Shown here in pieces: positions 8,106 to 16,342 of a DNA stretch of 32,000 nt. This DNA is from Erysipelotrichaceae bacterium MTC7. Lineage in GTDB: Bacteria; Bacillota_I; Bacilli_A; Erysipelotrichales; Erysipelotrichaceae. The notes under the pieces were generated by a model. That model did not search any database. It saw only the letters and a program-made list of their open reading frames with translations, and was not told where the DNA came from. The DNA lies in assembly GCA_001695645.1 (NCBI GenBank), contig LVZN01000045.1, forward strand, positions 84,653 to 116,652, written 5' to 3'. The position numbers were made by a program, and so were the translations under genes. Numbering within the stretch: position 1 is the stretch's first letter; the number at the start of each line of letters is the position of its first letter.

Positions 8106-9224
8106 TTATTCTGCCAAACGTTTTTGACCTTCTAGTTCTCTGATACCTTGTACATCTTGACTTGCTTCAACGACACCCAAGTAGTTTCCATCTTTGTCGT
8201 AAATCGCAAAGTATTGAATATAAACAAACATGCCTTTAAAAGAAATCCAGAAGAATTCATGATCTTTACGCTTGTTTTTAAAATCATCTAAGATTTGTTC
8301 AACGATGTGTACACTTTGTGGTGGATGACATAAGCGAACTTCACGTCCAATTACAGTAAGTGGACGATCAAAGACACGGTGTGTTCCTTGTGAAACGTAA
8401 GCAACTCGATCGTTCTTATCCACAAAGGTAATGTCGATAGGAAGTACATTCAAGATATTTTCTAGTTCCAATGGCGTAAAGCTTCCACTTGGTAGTTGGA
8501 TACGACCTTCAAGTAGTTCGTTAATCTCTGTTGAAGGTTGTTCAGGGGATAAATCAATAGCTGTATCTTGTTGCAATGCTTGGTCCAATTTGGTCCATAA
8601 TGAAGTGGAAAGGTGTTCTTCCAACATTTGATAGAGCACGTTATTTTCCTTAGTAATCATATCTTGGATTCGCGTTTTTACTGCATGAAATGCATCTGTC
8701 GTATCCGTATGAGTAACGAGATTTGCTTGCACAGCTTTAAGTTCACTACGGATTTCATTATCAACACCCCACATCACTTGTGGAATGGTCTTCACATCAA
8801 CGTATTCTAATAAAGGAAAGAGCAATTGTTCTTTCTTATTGTAGTGTGCATCGATATAATCATAAAGTTCACTTACGTAGGCTAAGTCAATAACGTCATC
8901 ATGACTATCCATAAATTCTTGAATAAAAGTATTATCATTACGAAAGTAATCAAAGGGATGATGGACTTGATCGCTATGTAAATCAACAAGATTGTCTTGA
9001 AATAAGGAAGCATGGATATCACATAAGTTCATAATTTCCTCGATATCCATACCTTCTTGTACTAACTGTTGTTCCATTTGGGCAATTTCTGCACCAGAAA
9101 CGTATGTAAATTCACGGATAAACTCTTCGCGAATTTGACTTTGATCTTCACCACGATGTAAACGTTGAATCAATTCTTTTAGTTGTTGAACCTTTGCATC
9201 CTTTCGTTTCAATAGTTCACTCAT
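8106..9224 (-). CDS. DUF438 / hemerythrin-like / C-terminal PAS-like domain protein, co-transcribed with hcp
   Basis: 372 aa. The N-terminal region (QLKELIQRLHRGED...AQMEQQLVQEGM...LCDIHASLF) with later His/Glu-rich helices fits the DUF438 plus hemerythrin HHE architecture. SD AGGAGG lies 12 nt after the hcp stop. Confidence 0.65.
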   Translation of the reverse strand: MSELLKRKDAKVQQLKELIQRLHRGEDQSQIREEFIREFTYVSGAEIAQMEQQLVQEGMDIEEIMNLCDIHASLFQDNLVDLHSDQVHHPFDYFRNDNTFIQEFMDSHDDVIDLAYVSELYDYIDAHYNKKEQLLFPLLEYVDVKTIPQVMWGVDNEIRSELKAVQANLVTHTDTTDAFHAVKTRIQDMITKENNVLYQMLEEHLSTSLWTKLDQALQQDTAIDLSPEQPSTEINELLEGRIQLPSGSFTPLELENILNVLPIDITFVDKNDRVAYVSQGTHRVFDRPLTVIGREVRLCHPPQSVHIVEQILDDFKNKRKDHEFFWISFKGMFVYIQYFAIYDKDGNYLGVVEASQDVQGIRELEGQKRLAE

Positions 9225-9236
9225 TTATGTTACCTC

Positions 9237-10775
9237 CTAACCAAATGTTGTTAAATCTTGTTCGACAGTATTTATACCACTAATTCCATAGTGTTCCACT
9301 AAATAGTTTGCAGTTGCTGGACTTAAGTAACTTGGTAAACTTGGTCCAACTTTAATATCTTTAATACCTAAGTGTAATAATGATAGTAAAACGATGATGG
9401 CTTTTTGTTCGTACCAAGCAATGTTAAATGAAATTGGTAATTCATTGATATCGTTAAGTTTAAAGATTTCTTGTAACTTCATAGCAATGACAACCCAAGA
9501 ATATGAATCATTACATTGTCCTGCATCCAAGACACGTGGGACACCATTGATATCCCCAAGGTTTAATTTATTGTAACGATATTTTGCACATCCTGAAGTT
9601 AAGATAATTGCATCATCTTTTAAAGAAGCTGCAAAGTTTTCATAGTAGTTACGATCGCGTTTTCTTCCATCACAACCACTCATTACAACAAATTTACGAA
9701 TGCTTCCATTTTTAATGTTTTCAACAACTGTATCGGCAAGTGCAAGAACTTGGTTATGTGCAAATCCTCCAGTAATGCTTCCAGTTTCAATTTCGGTAGG
9801 TGCTGTACAAGTTTTTGCTTGCGCAATAACTTCACTAAAGTCCTTTGTACCATCACTGTTTACCGGAATGCGTTTAAAGCCAGGGTAATCACAGTTTCCA
9901 GTTGCATATAAACGTTCTTTATAACTTGCGTTAGCCTTTGGTGGCACAATACAGTTTGTGGTAAAGAGTATGGGTCCATTAAATGTTTCAAATTCAGTTG
10001 TTTGTTTCCACCAAGCATTACCATAGTTTCCTTTTAAGTGTGAATATTGTTTAAATTTCGGGTAGTAGTGAGCAGGTAACATTTCACTATGTGTATAAAT
10101 ATCCACTCCACTATCTTTACTTTGTTCAAGCAATTGCGCTAAATCTGCTAAATCATGACCAGAGATAAGAATTCCTGGACGGTCTCCAACACCAATGTTT
10201 ACATTTGTAATTTCCGGATTTCCATACGATGTTGTGTTGGCTTTATCCAATAATGCCATAACTTTGACTCCATATGCTCCAGTTTCATCAACGACAGCTA
10301 AAGCAGATTCTAAATCGTGTAGTTCGTTAAAATTTGCAAGTGTTTTTACCATAAAGTTATGAATGTCTTGATCTTCGTAACCTAAATGAATAGCATGAGA
10401 ATGATAAGCGGCCATTCCCATCAATCCACCCATGATAAGCGATTTAAGTGCATTGATATCTTCGTTTTCTTCTTCATAAGCAACAACGTCATCACGTTTC
10501 GTGTAAGACTTAGCTAAAGCGATTTGTTTGCGAATGTTTTCTTTGTTGAAGTTCGCATTTGTGATTAGTTTAAATAACGAGTCCATGATAAAGCGTTTTT
10601 CTTTTTGGTGCCCAACAGGGTCATTCTCAATTTGTGTACTTAAAACTTTTAAATATTCTTTTAGTTCATCTAATAAGTTTGCAAGTTCATAATCTTTTCC
10701 GCAAACCCCTTGTACCGTACAGGCTTTATTTCCTGCAGCTTCTTCACATTGGTTGCAATACATTTTTGTGTTCAT
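9237..10775 (-). CDS. hcp: Hybrid-cluster protein / hydroxylamine (NO) reductase Hcp
   Basis: Track ORF trimmed to [27 protein letters not shown] (N-terminal Cys cluster of class I Hcp), preceded by SD AAAGGAG. Length of about 512 aa is typical. Confidence 0.9.
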   Translation of the reverse strand: MNTKMYCNQCEEAAGNKACTVQGVCGKDYELANLLDELKEYLKVLSTQIENDPVGHQKEKRFIMDSLFKLITNANFNKENIRKQIALAKSYTKRDDVVAYEEENEDINALKSLIMGGLMGMAAYHSHAIHLGYEDQDIHNFMVKTLANFNELHDLESALAVVDETGAYGVKVMALLDKANTTSYGNPEITNVNIGVGDRPGILISGHDLADLAQLLEQSKDSGVDIYTHSEMLPAHYYPKFKQYSHLKGNYGNAWWKQTTEFETFNGPILFTTNCIVPPKANASYKERLYATGNCDYPGFKRIPVNSDGTKDFSEVIAQAKTCTAPTEIETGSITGGFAHNQVLALADTVVENIKNGSIRKFVVMSGCDGRKRDRNYYENFAASLKDDAIILTSGCAKYRYNKLNLGDINGVPRVLDAGQCNDSYSWVVIAMKLQEIFKLNDINELPISFNIAWYEQKAIIVLLSLLHLGIKDIKVGPSLPSYLSPATANYLVEHYGISGINTVEQDLTTFG

Positions 10776-10833
10776 AATTGGTTCTCCTTTTGTTATCTTC
10801 AGGATTACTATAACGACAAAGCATAAAAAAGAA

Positions 10834-10849
10834 TGTGATAGTTGCAACA
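10834..10849 (-). promoter_or_regulatory. CRP/FNR-type box upstream of hcp (minus strand TGTTG-CAACTA-TCACA)
   Basis: 5-6-5 arrangement. 21 nt separate it from a TATAGT -10 (10812-10807), so the centre is near -41.5 if the TSS is about 7 nt after the -10. It lies next to the Crp/Fnr regulator gene. Confidence 0.55.
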
Positions 10850-10851
10850 CT

Positions 10852-11484
10852 TTAGAAATAATTTGGATGTAGGACAAAGCTTTTTTTATGCATTTGAAAA
10901 ATGTGTTCCTGTTCCATCGCTTTTAACTCTCTAGATAAACTACTTCGATTGACACTTAAATACTCCGCAAGCTGTGTTTTGTTGAAAGGAATGGTAATGG
11001 TATAGGATTGTGTTTTTAAATGATAGTAATTTAACATTTCAAAGATTCGTTCTCTGATGGTTGTTTTGTTTAAGATTTCTAGTTTATGAGTAAGAAAGGT
11101 ATTTTTAGTTGATAAGATCATTAGTAAGTTTTTAAGAATTGGTTTTGGAAAATCAAAAACCTCATTTGCGGAAAAATGAATGACGTGTAACGGGCTTTTG
11201 GCAGTGATTTCAAATGGCGTGATATGCTCTTTTCCAAGTGCTACACTTTCGGCGAACAGCTCACCTTCACCTAGTACAGTAACGAGCTTCTTATTGCCAT
11301 TCATGTCATAGCTGCTAATTTCCATTGTACCTTCCATAATTACATAAATATCATGGATGTGATCACCGATGGAAAAGATTTGTTCGTTTCGTTTGAAGTG
11401 TTTGTGGTTTGCTTGTTGCAATACGGTATCAATAATCATTTGGTCGACATTTACAAACATAGATATCGTTGGTTGATGTTTCAT
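10852..11484 (-). CDS. Crp/Fnr-family transcriptional regulator (HcpR-like)
   Basis: Trimmed to [10 protein letters not shown]..., preceded by SD AAGGAG. cNMP-binding-like beta-barrel ([11 protein letters not shown]...LGEGELFAE) plus a C-terminal HTH ([24 protein letters not shown]). Immediately upstream of hcp. Confidence 0.8.
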   Translation of the reverse strand: MKHQPTISMFVNVDQMIIDTVLQQANHKHFKRNEQIFSIGDHIHDIYVIMEGTMEISSYDMNGNKKLVTVLGEGELFAESVALGKEHITPFEITAKSPLHVIHFSANEVFDFPKPILKNLLMILSTKNTFLTHKLEILNKTTIRERIFEMLNYYHLKTQSYTITIPFNKTQLAEYLSVNRSSLSRELKAMEQEHIFQMHKKSFVLHPNYF

Positions 11485-11528
11485 AGTAACTCCTTTGCTT
11501 AAGCCTACCATGAACATGCAAGCGATGA

Positions 11529-11544
11529 TGTTGTTAAACCAACA
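11529..11544 (-). promoter_or_regulatory. Perfect palindromic CRP/FNR-type box TGTTG-N6-CAACA upstream of the regulator gene
   Basis: Plus strand reads TGTTGTTAAACCAACA. It shares the TGTTG/CAACA half-site with the hcp box and has the same 21-nt spacing to a -10-like hexamer (TAGGCT, 11507-11502). Confidence 0.5.
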
Positions 11545-11670
11545 TATCAAACAACCTGGTTACATCAATTGACTAAATACGTATGCAAGACTAAGATAAC
11601 AACTGAAGTTATATGAATTATAAACACAGTTTTTATCAGTATATAAGTTTATATCAAAAGGAGGGCGTTT

Positions 11671-12375
11671 ATGAAAGTAACCATTGATATGTACAGTGAC
11701 TATGCGTGTCCATTTTGTTTTCTAGGGAAAGAGAATCTAAAAGCAGCAATTGAAGTGTTGCAATTACAAGATGATGTCGACATTCGATACCATAGTTTCC
11801 AATTGGATCCAGACATTCAAGAATCGCATCTCATTGATTTAAACCATTTTGCATGGCGAAAAGGGATTTCATTAGAACAATTACTTGAGTCACAAAAAGA
11901 GTTAGGCGAACGTCTACAAGAAAAAGGACTTAACATGCATTATGATAAGCTAATTGTCGCAAATAGTTTTGATGCACACCGTCTTGTAAAATATGCTACA
12001 ACAAAACATAAAGCAACAAAGTTGCAAGATCGTCTATTAAGAGCAAGTTTGGAACAAGGTTTAGATATCGCCGATCATCAAGTTTTAACAGACTTGGCAG
12101 TTGAAGTTGGCTTAGACAAAAAAGAAGTTGAACATGTCTTGGCATCTGGAGAATATGCATATCCAGTCATTCAAGATTTAGATAGCGCACGCGAACAAAA
12201 CATCTCCGGTGTACCTTTCTTTTTAATCAATGATCGCTATCCAATTTATGGAGCACAACCAGAATACCGTTTTGAAGATGCTTTGCGTCGTGCCTTATTA
12301 GAAATGGATGATGCACCTATCAAAAAAGAGAAAAAGCCTGAAGTTTGTGAAGGAGATAGTTGTTTATTTGAATAA
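11671..12375 (+). CDS. DsbA-family thiol:disulfide oxidoreductase, FrnE-like
   Basis: N-terminal CPFC active site (YSDYACPFCFLGK) and a C-terminal CEGDSC (CX4C) tail. SD AAGGAGG upstream. Confidence 0.8.
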   Translation: MKVTIDMYSDYACPFCFLGKENLKAAIEVLQLQDDVDIRYHSFQLDPDIQESHLIDLNHFAWRKGISLEQLLESQKELGERLQEKGLNMHYDKLIVANSFDAHRLVKYATTKHKATKLQDRLLRASLEQGLDIADHQVLTDLAVEVGLDKKEVEHVLASGEYAYPVIQDLDSAREQNISGVPFFLINDRYPIYGAQPEYRFEDALRRALLEMDDAPIKKEKKPEVCEGDSCLFE

Positions 12376-12400
12376 GTGATGGAACGTCATCACTTTTTTT
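12375..12400 (+). terminator. Rho-independent terminator after the dsbA-like gene
   Basis: GTGATG...CATCAC hairpin followed by T7. Confidence 0.65.
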
Positions 12401-12476
12401 GTGAAAAATTGTATTCCAATAGTAATTGTTTAGACATATTGGTATACTAATTTTAGATATACAGGAGGATACAAGG

Positions 12477-13427
12477 ATGCCCATTCAAGAAGGAAAAGTT
12501 GTAATTATTGGTGCTGGAATGGTAGGTAGTGCAACCTTATCAGCAGTGCTTCGAGAAGCGGTTGTAAATGAAATTGTACTAATCGATATGAATACAGATA
12601 AAGCACAAGGAGAAGTCTTAGATGCCTCACATACGACTGCCTTTGCATACAGTAGTAATGTCAATATTCATACAGGAGATTATAGTGAATGTGAAGATGC
12701 ACACATTATTATTATGTCAGCCGGACCAAGTATTACCAAAGACAACGTCATGGACCGCTCATTACTATTAAACAAGAACATCGCCGTGATGGATGATGTG
12801 ATGAAAAATATTACCAAATATACAAGAGAAGCAATTATTATCGTGATTTCCAACCCGTTGGATGCCTTGGTTTACTATGGACAAAGTGCATTTGATTATC
12901 CACGTCATAAGATGATTGGAACAGGAACATTACTAGATACTGCACGCTTGCGTAAAATCATTGGTGAAAATTGCGGTGTCGACAGTAAAAATGTTCATGG
13001 CTATGTCTTAGGTGAACACGGAGAAAGTGCATTTGTGACATGGAGTGATGTAAACATATCAGGAATCCCTTTTGAGGATTTAAATACAACCTTTGGCACA
13101 AATTTAAAGAAAAAAGAAATCTATAATGAAATGCGTTCCGTTGGGTTTGATATCTTACAACTGAAAGGTTATACAAATATTGGTGTAGCAGCAGCTTGTG
13201 CACGTATTGTGAAATGTATCGTACTTAATGAGAAAAGTGTTTTACCAATTTCCAGTGTACCTGATGGTGCTTATGGAATATCAGATGTTGCCTTAAGTTT
13301 ACCGTGTATTGTGGGTAGTGAAGGAATTGATCGAATTCTTGAAATTCCACTTACCATTGCAGAACGAGCATGTCTAGAACGTTCAACGACAAAACTGAAA
13401 GAAGAAAACGCAAAAATTGAAAGATAA
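12477..13427 (+). CDS. ldh: L-lactate / L-2-hydroxyacid dehydrogenase family protein
   Basis: Trimmed to MPIQEGKVVIIGAGMVGSA (Rossmann GxGxxG), preceded by SD AGGAGGA. Motifs ISNPLD, GTGTLLDTARLR, GEHGES. The substrate loop is divergent, so specificity is uncertain. Confidence 0.75.
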   Translation: MPIQEGKVVIIGAGMVGSATLSAVLREAVVNEIVLIDMNTDKAQGEVLDASHTTAFAYSSNVNIHTGDYSECEDAHIIIMSAGPSITKDNVMDRSLLLNKNIAVMDDVMKNITKYTREAIIIVISNPLDALVYYGQSAFDYPRHKMIGTGTLLDTARLRKIIGENCGVDSKNVHGYVLGEHGESAFVTWSDVNISGIPFEDLNTTFGTNLKKKEIYNEMRSVGFDILQLKGYTNIGVAAACARIVKCIVLNEKSVLPISSVPDGAYGISDVALSLPCIVGSEGIDRILEIPLTIAERACLERSTTKLKEENAKIER

Positions 13428-13432
13428 GTAAG

Positions 13433-13464
13433 CACATTCTCTATTATGGAGCATGTGGTTTTTT
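13433..13464 (+). terminator. Rho-independent terminator after ldh
   Basis: CACATTCTC / GAGCATGTG stem (one mismatch), 7-nt loop, then GTTTTTT. Confidence 0.6.
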
Positions 13465-13633
13465 AGTGGATTTATAAATATATATAGACAATATTTAGCT
13501 TGTTATATGGGGTTTTCTTGGTTTTGTTAATTTTCTGTTAACATTGTAAATATTTATTGAATAAACACATGCGGTATGGTTCAATGTGTACTGTTTGAAC
13601 GGTGCAGAATTTTAGTGCGCAAATGAGGTACAT

Positions 13634-15328
13634 ATGAATTTTCTAAACGCTGAGTTTATTAAGTCTGCTGGATTGGTTTTAGGTGGTCTGGCATTGTTTA
13701 TTTATGGAATCGATTCCATGAGTGATGGATTGAAAAGTATTGCTGGATCAAAAATCCGTGATTATATTGAAAAGTACACAAGCAACTTATTTATGGCAGT
13801 GCTTGTTGGTACACTGATTACTGGTGCATTACAGTCATCAACCGCATCAACGGTAATATCTATTGGACTTGTTCGTGCAGGACTCATGAAGTTGGAACAA
13901 GCCATTGGGATTACCATTGGAGCCAACATTGGTAGTTGTTTTACTTCCATTATGATTGGGATGAATATTGAAGACTACGCATATTTCATTATTTTTACAG
14001 GAGTGTGTCTCATGCTTCTGGCAAAAAAGAAAAAATGGACATACTTAGGTAAGGTATTCTTGGGGTTTGGCTTGCTGTTTGCAGGACTTCAAATCATGGG
14101 AGATGAGTTGATTAAAATAGCAGATACTGCAATGTTTAATGATGCAATGATTTTCCTTGGCGAGAATCCATGGTTGGCACTACTTGGTGGGACAGTTGCC
14201 ACAGCAGTATTGCAATCGTCTGCTGCTGTTGTTGGAATCGTGCAAAAACTGTTTACCACAGGGATTATTACACCTGTTGCTGGAGCAGCCTTTATTTTTG
14301 GATCAAATGTTGGAACAACGTTAACTGCCATTATAGCAGGGGCTGGTGGAACAGTTTCAAGTCGACGTGCTGCTTGGTTCCATGCAGTTTACAACATTGT
14401 TGGTGCAGTTTTAGGAATGATCTTAATGGTGCCATTCCTTTGGTTAGTCGATTGGATTAACTCTTTTATTCAAGGGTCTCCAGAAATGTGGATTGCCCAA
14501 GCACACTTAATCTTTAATATTCTTTCGACAATAATCATCTTCCCATTTGTTGGTCAAAGTGTAAAACTGTTGAAAGTCTTAATTCCTGGTGAAGATCGTC
14601 AAGGTGCAAAAATCGAAAGCATTGATAACCTTGATTACGGATTGATTGAAACACTTCCAGCTGCGGCATTGGAAGTATCTAGAAAAAACACGTTACGTAT
14701 GGGACGCAACACGCTTGCAATCATGGACATGAGCAAACGTTACTTGGATAGTAAAAGCGGTGAGGACTATGATGAAGTCCAAGAAGTGGAAGCAACGGTA
14801 AATAAATACGATGACAATTTATCGAAATATTTATCGGTGATTGTGCAGCAACAAAACCTTGGAAAAGATCAAACCAAAGAATACTCACGTAACTATACGG
14901 TTGTTAAAAATTTGGAACGTATCTCTGATTTATCGGTTGCCTTGTCGCAATTTTATAAATTGGTTTATGATGAAAAAGAAAACTTCTCAACGACTGCAAA
15001 TACGGAACTACATAAGATGTACAGCATTTTAGAAGAAATGTTGCCAGCATCAATGCATGTATATGCAGATGAAAACAAAGATGAAAACATCGAAAAAGTT
15101 GGTGAATTGATGTTGCAATTGCGCGAACTTGAAGATGGTTTTAGAGATAGTCACTTTGATCGTATTGTGGATTACTCTTGTAAGTACCAAGTTGCAGCAT
15201 CGATTTATGTAGATATCTTATCGAATCTCATGCGTATGGGTGAACATATGCTTAATATTGTCAATAACTCGGTTTCTAAATCGCAAGTTATATCAAAACA
15301 TGCGGAACTAGAACCCGTTGCGGCATAA
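13634..15328 (+). CDS. Na+/phosphate cotransporter family protein (NptA/YjbB-like) with C-terminal PhoU-like domain
   Basis: Duplicated Na/Pi membrane repeats (GALQSSTASTVI... / VLQSSAAVVGIV...) followed by a soluble helical domain of about 220 aa. SD GAGGT upstream. Confidence 0.85.
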   Translation: MNFLNAEFIKSAGLVLGGLALFIYGIDSMSDGLKSIAGSKIRDYIEKYTSNLFMAVLVGTLITGALQSSTASTVISIGLVRAGLMKLEQAIGITIGANIGSCFTSIMIGMNIEDYAYFIIFTGVCLMLLAKKKKWTYLGKVFLGFGLLFAGLQIMGDELIKIADTAMFNDAMIFLGENPWLALLGGTVATAVLQSSAAVVGIVQKLFTTGIITPVAGAAFIFGSNVGTTLTAIIAGAGGTVSSRRAAWFHAVYNIVGAVLGMILMVPFLWLVDWINSFIQGSPEMWIAQAHLIFNILSTIIIFPFVGQSVKLLKVLIPGEDRQGAKIESIDNLDYGLIETLPAAALEVSRKNTLRMGRNTLAIMDMSKRYLDSKSGEDYDEVQEVEATVNKYDDNLSKYLSVIVQQQNLGKDQTKEYSRNYTVVKNLERISDLSVALSQFYKLVYDEKENFSTTANTELHKMYSILEEMLPASMHVYADENKDENIEKVGELMLQLRELEDGFRDSHFDRIVDYSCKYQVAASIYVDILSNLMRMGEHMLNIVNNSVSKSQVISKHAELEPVAA

Positions 15329-15329
15329 T

Positions 15330-15358
15330 AAAAAATGGAAATAACTTCCATTTTTTTA
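15330..15358. terminator. Terminator after the Na/Pi cotransporter gene
   Basis: AAAAATGGAA-ATAAC-TTCCATTTTT hairpin with flanking A and T runs. Confidence 0.7.
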
Positions 15359-15517
15359 TTTCCTAGGAAATAAAACATAATTTATAGGGTTTCTATCTAG
15401 GACTTTTCGTTTTTTGTTGCTATACTATTGAAACTGACTTTCCGATTCTTCGCTTTCTAAATTGAAGTAAGTGTTGGGGTGTTGTACAATGGTTTTACAG
15501 AGAAAGGAGGTTCTTGG

Positions 15518-15778
15518 ATGGCAAGTAAAGAACGCGCAATTATTACATCACGTTATACTGGAAAACCAGAAAAAGAAGAACTTGTATATGATTTGATTCG
15601 TTCGATACGTCTAAAAGAAGGCCAAATCTCTGTGATTGTACAAAGCGATTTATCAGTTTCGATTGTCGCAAATAAAAATCTTAGCATTGATGAAATCAAT
15701 GAAATTATATGTGTCCAGTATCGTGCGATACAGGATGAAATTAAACGAATACGACGAAAGGGGTTAAAAGAAGAATGA
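15518..15778 (+). CDS. Small hypothetical protein (86 aa) translationally coupled to pth
   Basis: Strong SD AAAGGAGG 7 nt before ATG 15518. Its TGA stop overlaps the pth ATG (ATGA at 15775-15778). No recognisable motif. Confidence 0.55.
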   Translation: MASKERAIITSRYTGKPEKEELVYDLIRSIRLKEGQISVIVQSDLSVSIVANKNLSIDEINEIICVQYRAIQDEIKRIRRKGLKEE

Positions 15779-16335
15779 AATTAATAGTTGGACTTGGAAA
15801 CCCAGGAAAACAATATGAAAAAACTAGACATAACGCTGGGTTTATGGTGATGGATGAAATTGCCCGAAAACTTGGTTTGGAAATCAATCAAGAAAAATTC
15901 AAAGGTTTGTATACACAGACGTTTGTTAAAGGAGAAAAGGTATATTTATTAAAACCGATGACCTATATGAATAATTCAGGAGAGAGTGTACTTGCAATCG
16001 CAGATTACTTTGATATTCCAGATGAGGACATATTGCTGATATATGATGATTTGGATATGCCCGTGGGAAAATTACGTTTGCGTGAAAAAGGAAGTGCAGG
16101 CGGACAAAATGGGGTAAAAAGCATCATTCGTCACTTGGGTAGTGATGAACTAAGACGCATTCGTGTCGGGATTGGACGAGATCCGCGTATTCCAACAGTT
16201 GATTACGTTTTAGGGAAAGTCGCTAAGGAAGATCTAGCAGACTTCCAAGACGCAATTTCTCATGCAGCTGATGCAGCTATTGCATCATGTACGAAAAGTT
16301 TTAATCAGGTTATGGAAACCTACAATAAAAAGTGA
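15775..16335 (+). CDS. pth: Peptidyl-tRNA hydrolase
   Basis: MKLIVGLGNPGKQYEKTRHNAGF...NNSGES...DDLD...GGQNGVKSI are canonical Pth motifs. Confidence 0.95.
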   Translation: MKLIVGLGNPGKQYEKTRHNAGFMVMDEIARKLGLEINQEKFKGLYTQTFVKGEKVYLLKPMTYMNNSGESVLAIADYFDIPDEDILLIYDDLDMPVGKLRLREKGSAGGQNGVKSIIRHLGSDELRRIRVGIGRDPRIPTVDYVLGKVAKEDLADFQDAISHAADAAIASCTKSFNQVMETYNKK

Positions 16336-16342
16336 GGTGTGA

